From Octopus sinensis (Eukaryota), in the NCBI RefSeq assembly GCF_006345805.1, contig NC_043016.1:4092001-4156000 (forward strand): DNA of 64,000 nt, written 5' to 3'. Below the pieces are notes generated by a model. It was not told the DNA's origin and did not search any database. It was given only the letters and a program-made list of their open reading frames with translations. Both the position numbers and the translations under genes were made by a program. Shown piece after piece: positions 25,120 to 36,305 of this stretch (the first letter of the stretch is position 1; every line of letters starts with the position of its first letter).

Positions 25120-26189
25120 GGAGGAGTTTTATTTGTTAATTAACCTTTCTTCACACTGAAGCTGGTAACTGACTGATCTTGTGATAGTTGTCACAGCCAC
25201 ATTAGAATTGAGGGGCTTAGGGCACCAGTTAGAGTGGAATATATTTAGCTACCATACACATGGTTAAGAGTCCTGGGCATAGGACGATGGAGTCCACGCC
25301 TATGTTCTGCATAGGTGTATTTGCTAGCCCTCCTCTGCAATTTTATCACTGCTAATTGAATGTGATAAAATTTCTACTGCAAATTATTCAACTGTTGACT
25401 TTCAACAACTCACAAACTATTTATTGAAAGTCAACTTGTACATCTCCATCAAATTAATAAATATCAGGTTATCACATCCAAGCTGAATACTAAATGTGTT
25501 AAAATTTATGAATGTATAATTTCTTTTAGTAATTTCCGTTTCAATAAATCTCAAGACATATGCATGAGAACTGGAACATTCTAATCAGTAATTGTTAGAC
25601 AATAACTTCTTATTTTCAAATTAGTGTTATGTGCTAAATTTCAAATGCAAGTCTCATTAATATGTATTCATATATATTTCAGTAGTATAATGAAATATCA
25701 TAACAGGATTGTAAATCTGCCATGATTAATGCCAAAGGTCTTTAACTGTTATTTTTATATAACTTAATTATATATCTGGAGAAATCAGGATTGTTATATT
25801 TTCTGATGTATATTTTAAACATCATTTGATTAATTTTCTCTTTCATGTAATCATTCTGGCCATCTTGAACTGTTTACAGTGTTGGTGCTACAGCCGCTCT
25901 GAATTATCAACTATGCATGGAGATAGTCAACATAAAAATAAAAACACCCACCATCAAAAACAAAAAAGAAAAAAAAAGGACAGAAACACTAACTAAGAGG
26001 TCATAATGTGGTGCTCCAGCTTGTCTACAATTTACAATGCTGTAAATTAGTTACTGGACTGATATTGATGTTAGAGCAAGTTTTGCATCTGTATTTACAG
26101 AGAGAGAAGTTATTAAATGTTACAACTCATAACTGGCTGTCAATCATTGATATACACATTCACTTCTACAATACTGCAACATGTCTGCA

Positions 26190-26400
26190 ATATAGTTAGG
26201 TGTCTACTTTATATCAATTATTTTGCATCACAGCCTGATGTCTACACTATATCACCTATTCTACATCATAGCTAAATGTCTACCCTACACCATTTATTTG
26301 CATCACAGTTAGGTGTCTACTTCACACTGCTTATTTTACATCATTGATGGCTGCCTATACTATGCTATTTATTCTACTTAGTAGCTGGGTGCCTAGTCTG
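26190..26400. repeat. Degenerate 38-bp minisatellite, about 6 units
   Basis: tgtctac/tgccta recurs at 26201, 26239, 26277, 26314, 26352 and 26390. Confidence 0.75.
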
Positions 26401-26497
26401 TGCCAGTGTTGGATGTGAAGTCAGCACCATGATTCCTGTACAATAGCTAGATGTGTCAAGAAATAAGGAAAAGCTGATTTATTTAACAAATAAACTA

Positions 26498-26552
<55 letters not shown>

Positions 26553-26915
26553 ACATCTACTCACAGTTGACCCAGTCTCCTAAGGTACACAATATTCCAT
26601 GTGAGATATGTTCTGTTTAAGGTCACCTGTTTGTTGGTCCAACCAGATGTTTTCTCTATTTCTCCTTTGGGACATTTAGTACTCCTAAATTTTTTATTAA
26701 TTTTATTTTTTTACCAGATTAGATTTCACATTTCTAATCATATATTTAAGTATATTTTAAGTATTTTCTTTTCATTTTGATAGAAAAATGCACAAGGCAA
26801 AACCTAAATGCTGTGTGTGTGTGTGTATAAAGACACACACACACACGTGTGTGTGTATGTGTATATATATATGTATTTATGTGTGTATGTATGTGCGTGC
26901 CTGCATTTGTGTATA

Positions 26916-27132
26916 TTCTTTAATTCTTTTATTTGTTTGTCATTTGACTGCAGCCATGCTGGAGCACCGCCTTTAGTCAATCAAATCAACCTCAGAATTT
27001 ATTCTTTTTAAGCCTAGTACTTATTCTATCGATCTCTTTTGCCAAGCCGCTAAGTTACAAGGACGTATACTCACTGACGTCGGTTGTTAAGTGATGTTGT
27101 AGGGACAAACACAGACATGCAAACATATATAT

Positions 27133-27211
<79 letters not shown>

Positions 27212-27370
27212 AGGCATCTTTCAGTTTTCATCTACCAAATCCAGTCAGAAAGCTTTGGTTGGCTCGAGGCTGTAGTAGAAGACACTTGCTCAAGGTGCCA
27301 TGCAATGGGACTGAACCTGGAGCCATGTGGTTGAGAAGCAAGGTACTTACCTCTCAGCCACTCCTGCACC
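26916..27370 (-). mobile_element. Near full-length tRNA-derived SINE (main family) with internal microsatellite and CR1-like tail
   Basis: Head ggtgcaggagtggctg...ggttcagtccca; core ggatttggtagatgaaaactgaaaga; tail ggcggtgctccagcatggctgcagtcaaatgac. Confidence 0.85.
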
Positions 27371-27581
27371 TATATATATATGTATATCAATAATAATATA
27401 GGGTGAAATTAATTAATTTGGAATAATCATTAATTTCACCAAGTAGATTTCGGCATGTAAAAGCCCCATTCAAGGAAGGTTTAAGTAATACTAAGTAATT
27501 AAGGGTTTAACAACGATTTGCCTCACCACACACCGAATTTAGAAATAGCAGTCAAAGAGTTATGGCTATTCTTTCTACTTA

Positions 27582-28861
27582 CGAGGGGCGTTCAATAAGT
27601 AATGCCCCTGACCCACTTCCCATAGCAGTAGAGCAACGACACTTGGCACAGTTATTAGTCATTTTTTACATAGGAACCACCCAGAGTTATGCATTTCTCC
27701 CATCATTTGATGCAGCTCTGAAGACCGTTTTGGTCCTCCAGCCATGACGTGACTTCAGAAATTAAGGCTGCATCATCTGGGAAACGCTTTCCTTTCAAAA
27801 ACAACTTCATGGCTGGGAAGAGGTGAAAATCAGAGGGTGCAAGGTCAGGAAAGTAGGGGGGGATGGGAGAGGAGTTCATAGCCGCACGCCTGTGCTTCTG
27901 ATCTGGCGACATGCGAGTTGTGGACCGGAGCGTTGTCCTGCAGGAGGAGGATGCATTTGCTGATCTTGCTCCACCTCTTGATTTTGATAGCTTCTCTTAA
28001 TTTCCTCAAAAGTGAAGCATAATAGGCTCCTGTAATTGTGGTACCCTTTGCCAAGAAATCTGGCATCACTACTCCGTCCTGGCTCCAGAAGACTGTGAGC
28101 ATGACCTTGCCAGCGGAGGGCTGCACCCTTGCCTTCTTTGGAGGAGGTGAGTCACAGTGCTTCCACTGCATTGACTGGGCTTTGATCTCTGGATCATAGT
28201 GATGGACCCAGGTTTCATCCCGTGTAATCAGTCTTTTGAAAAATTTTGACTCATCTTCTTGGCACATCTCCAAATCCATCCTTGAGCACTCGACGCGTTC
28301 TTGCTTCTGAAAAGGTGTGAGCAACCTGGAAATCCATCTGGCAGACGCCTTTTGCATATGCAAATGGTCATGAAGGATACTTTCCACAGACCCAGTAGTA
28401 ATCTTGACCTCATGGGCAATTTGGCAAATAGTTATGCGTTGATCTTCCAAAATAGCAGCCTCAACTTGACGGACAGATGCCTCATCAATGGCAGAAAGGG
28501 GAGGGGCGACTAGATCTGGGAGCTGTTTCCACAGAGTTCCGACCATGTTTGAATTCACAATGCCAGCATTGTACAAGGTCATATGATGGGGCATCATCAC
28601 CATAAGTTACTTTCATTTCATCAAAAGTCTTCCGTGGTGTGCGTCCTTTCAAATACAAAAATCGGATCACTGCTCGACACTCAACAGGCTCCATTTCACA
28701 CTTGACTCGGTTCAAACACCTGTAAATCAGAAACCACAATTAGTTCAGAGCTGTAATTTGCCACTTAATATATAGAAATATAAATAATTGCACATGCAAA
28801 ATTTCAGCTAGATCAAACAACTGCAAGTGGGTCAGGAGCATTACTTATTGAACGTCCCTCT
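27582..28861 (-). mobile_element. Full-length mariner (irritans/Himar1-like), 1280 bp
   Basis: 37-bp TIRs at 27582-27618 and 28825-28861 (3 mismatches); TA TSD at 27580-27581 and 28862-28863. Confidence 0.92.
27655..28694 (-). pseudogene. Frameshifted mariner transposase (DD34D)
   Basis: MEPVECRAVIRFLYLKG, ARWISRLLT, ITRDETWVHHYDPE, SAGKVMLTVFW, LLQDNAPVH, PPYFPDLAPSDFHLFP; split over at least 3 frames. Confidence 0.92.
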
Positions 28862-28906
28862 TAAGTAGAAAGAATAGCCATAACTCTTAATTACTTAGTA
28901 TTACTT

Positions 28907-29232
28907 TGTGTATATGTATTATATGGATATATGTATATATCTATATATGTATATATGTATGTATATATGTATGTATATATATATATATATGTATATATAT
29001 ATGTATATATATATATATGTATATATATATGTATATGTATATATGTATATATATATATGTATATATATATTGTATATATATATATGTATATATATATATG
29101 TGATATATGTATATATATAATATATGTATATATATATATGTATATATATGTATATGTATATATGTATATATATATATATATGTGTATATATATATATGTG
29201 TATATATATATATGTATATATATATATATGTG

Positions 29233-29279
<47 letters not shown>

Positions 29280-29371
29280 GTATATGTATATATATATATG
29301 TTATATGTATATATATATATGTATATATATATATGTATATGTATATATGTATATATGTATATGTATTTATA
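28907..29371. repeat. Long complex (TA)n/(TATG)n microsatellite
   Basis: Directly visible; source of the MYIY-type spurious ORFs. Confidence 0.95.
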
Positions 29372-30296
29372 AATCCTTAAATCCTTAAAAATGTTTCAGC
29401 CCGAAGGCCGCGGCCATGCTGGGGCACCACCGCTGAATGGGCCACACTAGTTTGTGAATCCACCTCTGATACGTGGCATTGATCAACAAGGGAGTTCGAT
29501 GCTGCTGCCCGCATCCGCGTCTCCTGTCGTGAGGTAGGTTCATCTGGGACTTCCAACAAGAAGGGATCCAGTTTAGTTTTAAGAAACCCACATCCACACC
29601 ATGTAAGTCTCTCAGGCATTTAGGAGGATGTTGAAAAGCTGTGGTCCTCTGAAACCCAAGCTGTTGCAGTATCTGGACCTGTATTTTGATGGTGATGTTG
29701 GAATCCTTGGCACCACGCAGCGGCGCCCCGTTCTGCGGTTGGAGTAACTTTGAATGCCAAAGTTTGGGATAAGACCCTCCAGGATTTTCCAGATGTATAT
29801 TACTGCATATCTCTCCCGCCTCCGCTCCAGAGAGAAGAGGTTTAATACCTTCAGTCTTTCCCAGTAGCTGACATTTTGCATTGAGACGATTTTCTTTGTG
29901 TAGCTTCTCTGAGTTGCTTCGAGTTCTGCTGTTTGTTTTATATTGTGTGGTGACCAAAGTTGGGAGCAGTAGTCCAAGCGGCTGAGGACAAATGTTTTCC
30001 ATAGGACCATCAGTGTCTCCTTCTCTCTTGTTCTGAAAGTTCGGAGAATCCATCCAGCTAGCCGTCTGCATTTTATCACCAGATTAGCAATATGCATTGG
30101 AAAGATGCATCATTGCTCATGTCAATGCCCAGGTCACGCACTGATTTTGACTCAGGGATTGCAATTCTTCCTGGGCCAGTGTATCCAGTCTTCACGTCAT
30201 TTACCTTTGTGTGCCAGTAGCGCAGGGCCTGGAACTTACCTGCATTAAACTGCATGTTGTTGTCCTCAGCCCACCTGTATATTGTGTCCAGCTCAT
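29372..30296 (-). mobile_element. Young 5'-truncated CR1/L2-group LINE (ORF2 C-terminus, short 3'UTR, aaggattta tail repeats)
   Basis: ELDTIYRWAEDNNMQFNAGKFQAL, VRDLGI, LSRLDYCSQLWSP, SYWERLKVLNLFSLERRRERY, GPQLFNIL, LDPFLLEVPDEP...AASNSLVDQ. Two frameshifts; CpGs retained. Confidence 0.88.
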
Positions 30297-30363
30297 TTAT
30301 GTATATGTATATATGTATATGTATTATGTATATGTATATATGTATATATATATATATAATATG

Positions 30364-30394
<31 letters not shown>

Positions 30395-31200
30395 TATATA
30401 TGTAATATATAGTGTATATATATTATATATGTGTATATATGTGTATATGATGTATATATAGTGTGTATATATAGTATTATATGTGTATATATATGGTATA
30501 TATATATATGGTATATATATGTATATAATATATATGTGTATATATAATATATATATATGTATATATATGTATATATATATATGTGTATATATATGTATAT
30601 ATATATGTGTATATGTATGTATATATATATGTGTATAATATGTATATATATATGTGTATATGTATGTATATATATATGTGTGTATATGTATGTATATACA
30701 TGTGTGTATATGTATATATATATATGTGTATATGTATTCTATATTGTGTGTATATGTATAGAATATATGTGTATATGTAATATATTATATATATATGTAT
30801 ATATATATGTGTATATGTATATATGTGTATATATATATGTATATATATTATATGTTATATGTATATATATGGTGTATATGTATATATGTGTATATTATAT
30901 ATGTGTATATATATATGTATATATGTATATATATTGTAATATGTATATATATGTGTACATGTATATATATGTGTATATGTATATATATGTGTATATGTAT
31001 ATATATATGTGTATATGTATATATATATGTGTATATGTATGTATATATATGTGTATATGTATGTATATATATGTGTATATGTATGTATATATATATATAT
31101 ATGTGTATATGTATATATATATATGTGTATATATATATGTGTATATGTATATATATGTGTATATGTATATATGTGTGTATATGTATATATATGTATAAGT
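30297..31200. repeat. About 900-bp complex (TA)n/(TATG)n microsatellite
   Basis: Directly visible. Confidence 0.95.
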
Positions 31201-31559
31201 ATATTATTTTGATTTTTCCAGTTTCAGCTAATGAGCTGTGGCCATGCTGGGGCACCGCCATTTATATATGTATATATATGTATATATGTGTATATGTATA
31301 TATGTGTATATATGTATATATGTGTATATATGTATATATGTGTATATGTCGATCAAGACAAGAAACAATTGTAGTGGCGTTTTTTTTGACTATTTATTAA
31401 AATTTTATGTATTGATTAAGTCTTTCCTTGTTTGTTTTGCAAAATAGTGGTTTTGTCTCTAATAATATTTTATATATATATATATGTATATGTATATATA
31501 TTTATATTTAATATATTATATATTAATATATAATATATTTATATTCTTTTCTTTTTATT

Positions 31560-32130
31560 CTTTTCAGTCATTTGACTGTGGCCATGCTACAGCACTGCCT
31601 TTAGTTAAACAAATTGACCCTTGGACTTATTCTTTGTAAGCCTAGTACTTATTCTATCAGTCTCTTGCTGAACTGCTAAGTTACGGGGGACATGAACACA
31701 CTGACATCGATTGTCAAGCAATGATGGAGGGAGGAGCAGATACACACACACCCACACACACATATATATATATATATATATTTTTTTTTTTTTTGTACTT
31801 GTTTCAGTCATTTGACTGCGGCCATGCTGGAGCACCGCCTTTTAGAGTGGTGAAAGAGTACAGCAGGGATCACCACCATCCCCTGCCGGAGCCTCGTGGA
31901 GCTTTTAGGTGTTTTTCGCTCAATAAACACACACAACGCCCGGTCTGGGAATCGAAACCGAGATCCTACGACCGCAAGTCCGCTGCCCTAACCATATATA
32001 CGACAGGCTTCTTTCAGTTTCCATCTACTAAATCCACTCAAAGTTTTAGTTAGCCCTACACTATAGTACATACACTTGCCCAAGATGCCATACTGTGGGA
32101 CTGAACTTGGAACCGTGTGGTTGAGTAGCA
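31560..32130 (-). mobile_element. Nested SINE cluster: main-family SINE pieces, a second tail, and a young different tRNA-derived head at about 31845-31995
   Basis: Tails at about 31560-31600 and 31795-31842. The inner head reads tggttagggcagcgg...ggtttcgattccc on the minus strand. The main-family head resumes at 31996-32130. Confidence 0.7.
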
Positions 32131-33115
32131 TAAAAATGTACTCAATACCATAGTAGAATTTAATATTTCACTTTGGTAGGCTCACTGTTCTGCTACTCTC
32201 AGTTTCACCTGTGGGTGTTTGGGGTATTCAGACGAGTTGTAGAAAGACATAGGGTGATAGGTTTTGATGAATAGGGTGAGAGAAAGAAAGGCTATAGGTG
32301 GCAGTCTGAAGGTGGTGAGGGTAGCTGTTGAAATGAAATAAGAGATTGCAGAGATGAAGTGTGGTGAGCAGAATAAAAAGTGGGGCGGTTAAGGAGAGGA
32401 AACAATGAAAGGGGAAAAAGGGGAGAGTTGAAAGAAAAAGTAATGAAAGCATGTTGGGCAGGGTGGCTGAGGAGAGGGGATTTGTAGGAGAGACAAATGG
32501 GAAAGGGATTGATGAATTCCTGTTGGAACATCCCAGACATCAACAATTCTCTTATTTAGTGCTCATTCTGTCAGGTTTACCCCAAATTCTACATTTTGAG
32601 ATACGTTTTTATCACTTAACCCATTTGTTACCATATTTCTGTTGTGATGCTCTGTGTTTCTTTCAATTATTTTAAATATAACAAAGAATTTAGTAAAATA
32701 ACTTAGTTATCATTCAGCTAAATTGTGACTAAGGTTTGAGGAAAGATTTTAATTCAGAACTTTTGAAACCAAGACATTTGTACTACAGAGCCAGAGGTAC
32801 TTTCAGCCGGATTAGTATCGAAAGGGTTAATCTGATGAAACCATGTGATTGGGAAGGAAACTTCATAACTACACAGCTTCTGTATATATGTGTGTGTGTG
32901 TGTGTGTGTGTGAATGAGATTGGAAAATTTTATGGTGTTATTGACCATTACACATGTTTCATTAGAAATAGGAGTTACAAAATTGTTATTGTAGTAGAAA
33001 ACATATAAGATATCTTCTTGTAGTAATTCTTCCAAGAATCAATATTCTATGCATTACTGTCTGTTTAGTAACACTAATGCCATGGGAAGCAATGAATGGA
33101 ATGTAGAACTATATA

Positions 33116-33214
<99 letters not shown>

Positions 33215-33379
33215 CAACTCTTACACATACCTCACACAAATATTACCTCTACATATGGCTTTGGATAACTGGAATAAGAGATGTGCTTCAAGAATTAACA
33301 GCTTGAATTAAAACATTATCTACATAATATGTTGATAGGGTTATAATCCAAGAGAGATTCATAGTCAGCAAGTACAGAA

Positions 33380-34335
33380 GTATTTAGCTAAAAGTAAACC
33401 ATTGTAGTTAGCATTCATTGACCTTGGGGAAAGCTTTTGACAGGGTTCCTCAATCCTCATCATCAAAGGTAAAAGTAGATGAGCGGCTAATAAGAGCTGT
33501 TGAGGTCACGTACAGCAGTGCTGTAAGTTAAGTGAGAGTTAGCAGTGAATACTCTAGTGAATTTACTTTGTAGGTAGGAGTTCATCAGGGTTCACTTACC
33601 AGAATTCCCTTTTATTTATCATAGTCCTGCAAGCTATAATGGAGGAATGTAACACCGGTTGCCTATGGGGACCCCTCTATGCTGATGACCTTGCTATTAT
33701 GGCTGAAAGAGTAGAAGAATTAGAAATAAAATTCTAAGTATGAAAGCAAAACTGGATAACTTTGTGAAGATTGAAGTTTTAATTAGCCAGAAAACAGACA
33801 GAATGCTAATTCCTTTGGATAAACAGGCCCGTTCCATATGTAAATAGGGTGTAGATAGATAGTCCATATGGTGTGCTCAGGGCAAACATAAGGTTAACTG
33901 AGAGAGTAGAGTTTGTTTGTAGCAGATGCATAGGAGCAATAAATAACATGAGTACACATTGGAAATAGGTGTTTTGAAATGCCGTAGAGGCCCCCTTGAC
34001 ATTGTAGATGTTTCATGTTATCTAGGTGACCTAATTAGCAGTGGTGGATGATGTTCTGAAAGTATAGTTGTTAGAATAAAAATTGGCTAGAGAAAATTTA
34101 GGGAACTTCTACCTCTGTTGGTAACTAAAGGCCTCTCTCTCAGAATGAAAGGCAGATTGTATGATGCCTATGTACAAACAGCAATGCTACATGGATGTGA
34201 AATTTGGGCTGTGAATGCAGAGGACATGTGGAGACTTGAAAGAATTGAGACAAGTATACTCCGATGGATGTACAATGTGTGTGTGTGCATGACAAAATAG
34301 AAATGTGGAAAATTGAGCACAAGTGGCACAGATGT
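33380..34335 (+). mobile_element. Decayed RTE LINE (RT core to C-terminus)
   Basis: DLGESFDRV, LYADDL (ctctatgctgatgacctt) and MKGRLYDAYVQTAMLHGCEIWAVNAEDMWRLERIETSILRWMYNV. Confidence 0.8.
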
Positions 34336-35034
34336 GGTGTGCAGTCTATAATCCTGCTAATCTCAGTACACCTCCTATTTCATTTCATATTCACATTCTA
34401 CTTGGGTCTCACATCTCATTCCTTCTCTCTCTTTTTCTCACTTTCCAGGTGAGTGAGCCATGTATTCATGTCTCCAGCATGAAATCTGCTCTTGTCCATC
34501 TATTATAATTTCTTATTTCCCCAATTTATCTCCTGCTCCACTCCAGTTCAGGGACCTTATCTTGCCCGTACTTGGCAACCTGTATGTATTTGTATATATG
34601 GGCATAAAGTCAACAGATGAGATCCAGAGATTCTCAATATAAGACAACTCTTGGTAGTGCTCGAATGATTTAAACTTACACTCTGATATACCAGGAACCA
34701 AGTTTGCAGAGTAAAGAGTGCCTATAAGACGAATCTAGGCGAGCAGAGTTCAAACGACAGAGACAAAATTTACTTGCTTTCATTACTATTTGCATATTCT
34801 TATGAACTATACCTGCAAACATTATGAAGGATCTCTAGAAACAACTGTTGGACTTAATACCTTCACCCTTTTAACTCTCTATGACATTTGTAAGTTTGCT
34901 CTATTAATATATAGATATTGATATATTTATGCTTGAAAAATCTGTCTTTGCTTTCTCTCTATTCACTTGTTTATATATATACACACACACACACACCTTG
35001 TACATAAAAGCCAAGCAGTTTCATTTGTTTATTT

Positions 35035-35340
35035 CATCATCATCATCATTTAAAATCTGTTTTCCATGCTGGTATGGGTTGGACGGTTCGACTGGGATCT
35101 AGGAAGCCAGGAGGCTGCACCAGGCCCCAATCTGATCTGCAGTGTTTCTACAGCTTGATGCCCTTCCTAATGCCAACAACTCAAAGAGTGTAGTGGGTGC
35201 CAGCTCAGGGGCCAAAGGAGCTGGCATCGACCACGATTGGATGGTGCTTTTCATGTGTCACTAGTACGGAAGCCACCCAAAGTGGCACTGGCATCGGCCA
35301 TGTTTGGATGGTGCTTTTTATGTGCTACCGGCACAGGGTT
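35035..35340 (-). mobile_element. RTE 3'UTR fragment with tail
   Basis: catcatcatcatcatttaaaatctgttttccatgctggtatggg. Confidence 0.75.
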
Positions 35341-35759
35341 CACAATTACAGTTTCCATTGGATTTGATTTTGATCACTCTCTCTTGTACGTTTGTATGTG
35401 TTAATACATTTATATTTCTTCAGTCTGAGAGTGGGGACTGCAAAGGATATAAATACGCAGCCTTCCTCTTGATTACCTCGTATAACAAATGTTTGATTCA
35501 CTATATATTAAGACTTCCATTTTATAGGAAGTAAATCATCTGATTGTGATGCTAGAGCTTTCGTTAAGAGTTTTCACTTTTATCTGTCTGATAATATTTC
35601 TTACCAGGCACTAATAATGTAGCTGTTAACCTAATGTCTTTAAGGGAAAAAGGAGTAAAAGTGAAAAACCATCTAAATAAATAAGAAATATTTTAATTTA
35701 TAAGCTTAAATGTTTGCATTATTTGCCAATATGTAGTATGTTTGCTTAGTATTAATCAT

Positions 35760-36305
35760 ATCATCATCATCATTTAATATCCATTGTCCATGCTGGCATG
35801 GGTTGGATGGCTTCTCCAGAGCTTTTAAGCTGAGGTGCTGCACCAGACTCTAGTCTGATTTTAGCATGGCTTCTACAGCTGGATACTCTTCTCAACACCA
35901 ACCACTCTGAGAAGAGTATAATGGGTGCTTTTACGTGCCACTTACACAGGTGTCAGTTACGCCATGACTACAATTTCTGCCATGACTACAATTTCACTTT
36001 CCTTGAGGAGTCTTCTTCTCAAGCACAGTGCATTGCCGAAGGTCCCAGTCATTTGTCATTGCCTCCATGGGGCCCAATGCTTCTCACATGTCACTAGCAC
36101 AGGTACTAGTTATGTGACACCGGTATCATCACATTGCCTCCATGAGGTCCAACACTCAAAAGGTTTTTACATGGATGCCAGTCACATGACATTGGCATCA
36201 GCCATGACTATGATTCCATTTGGCTTGAGGGATCTTCTCAGACATGACATATTACCAAAGGTCTTGATCAATAGTCATTACTGTGAGGCGCAATATTCGA
36301 AATGA
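35760..36305 (-). mobile_element. RTE 3'UTR plus duplicated ORF2-end fragments
   Basis: 3'UTR signature followed by repeated cattgcctccatg(g/a)ggtcca blocks. Confidence 0.7.

Noticed and set aside
28906-31447. Long ORFs rich in M/Y/I/C/V (up to 213 aa)
   Set aside because: They are translations of TA/TATG microsatellites; the same applies to similar ORFs elsewhere in the window.
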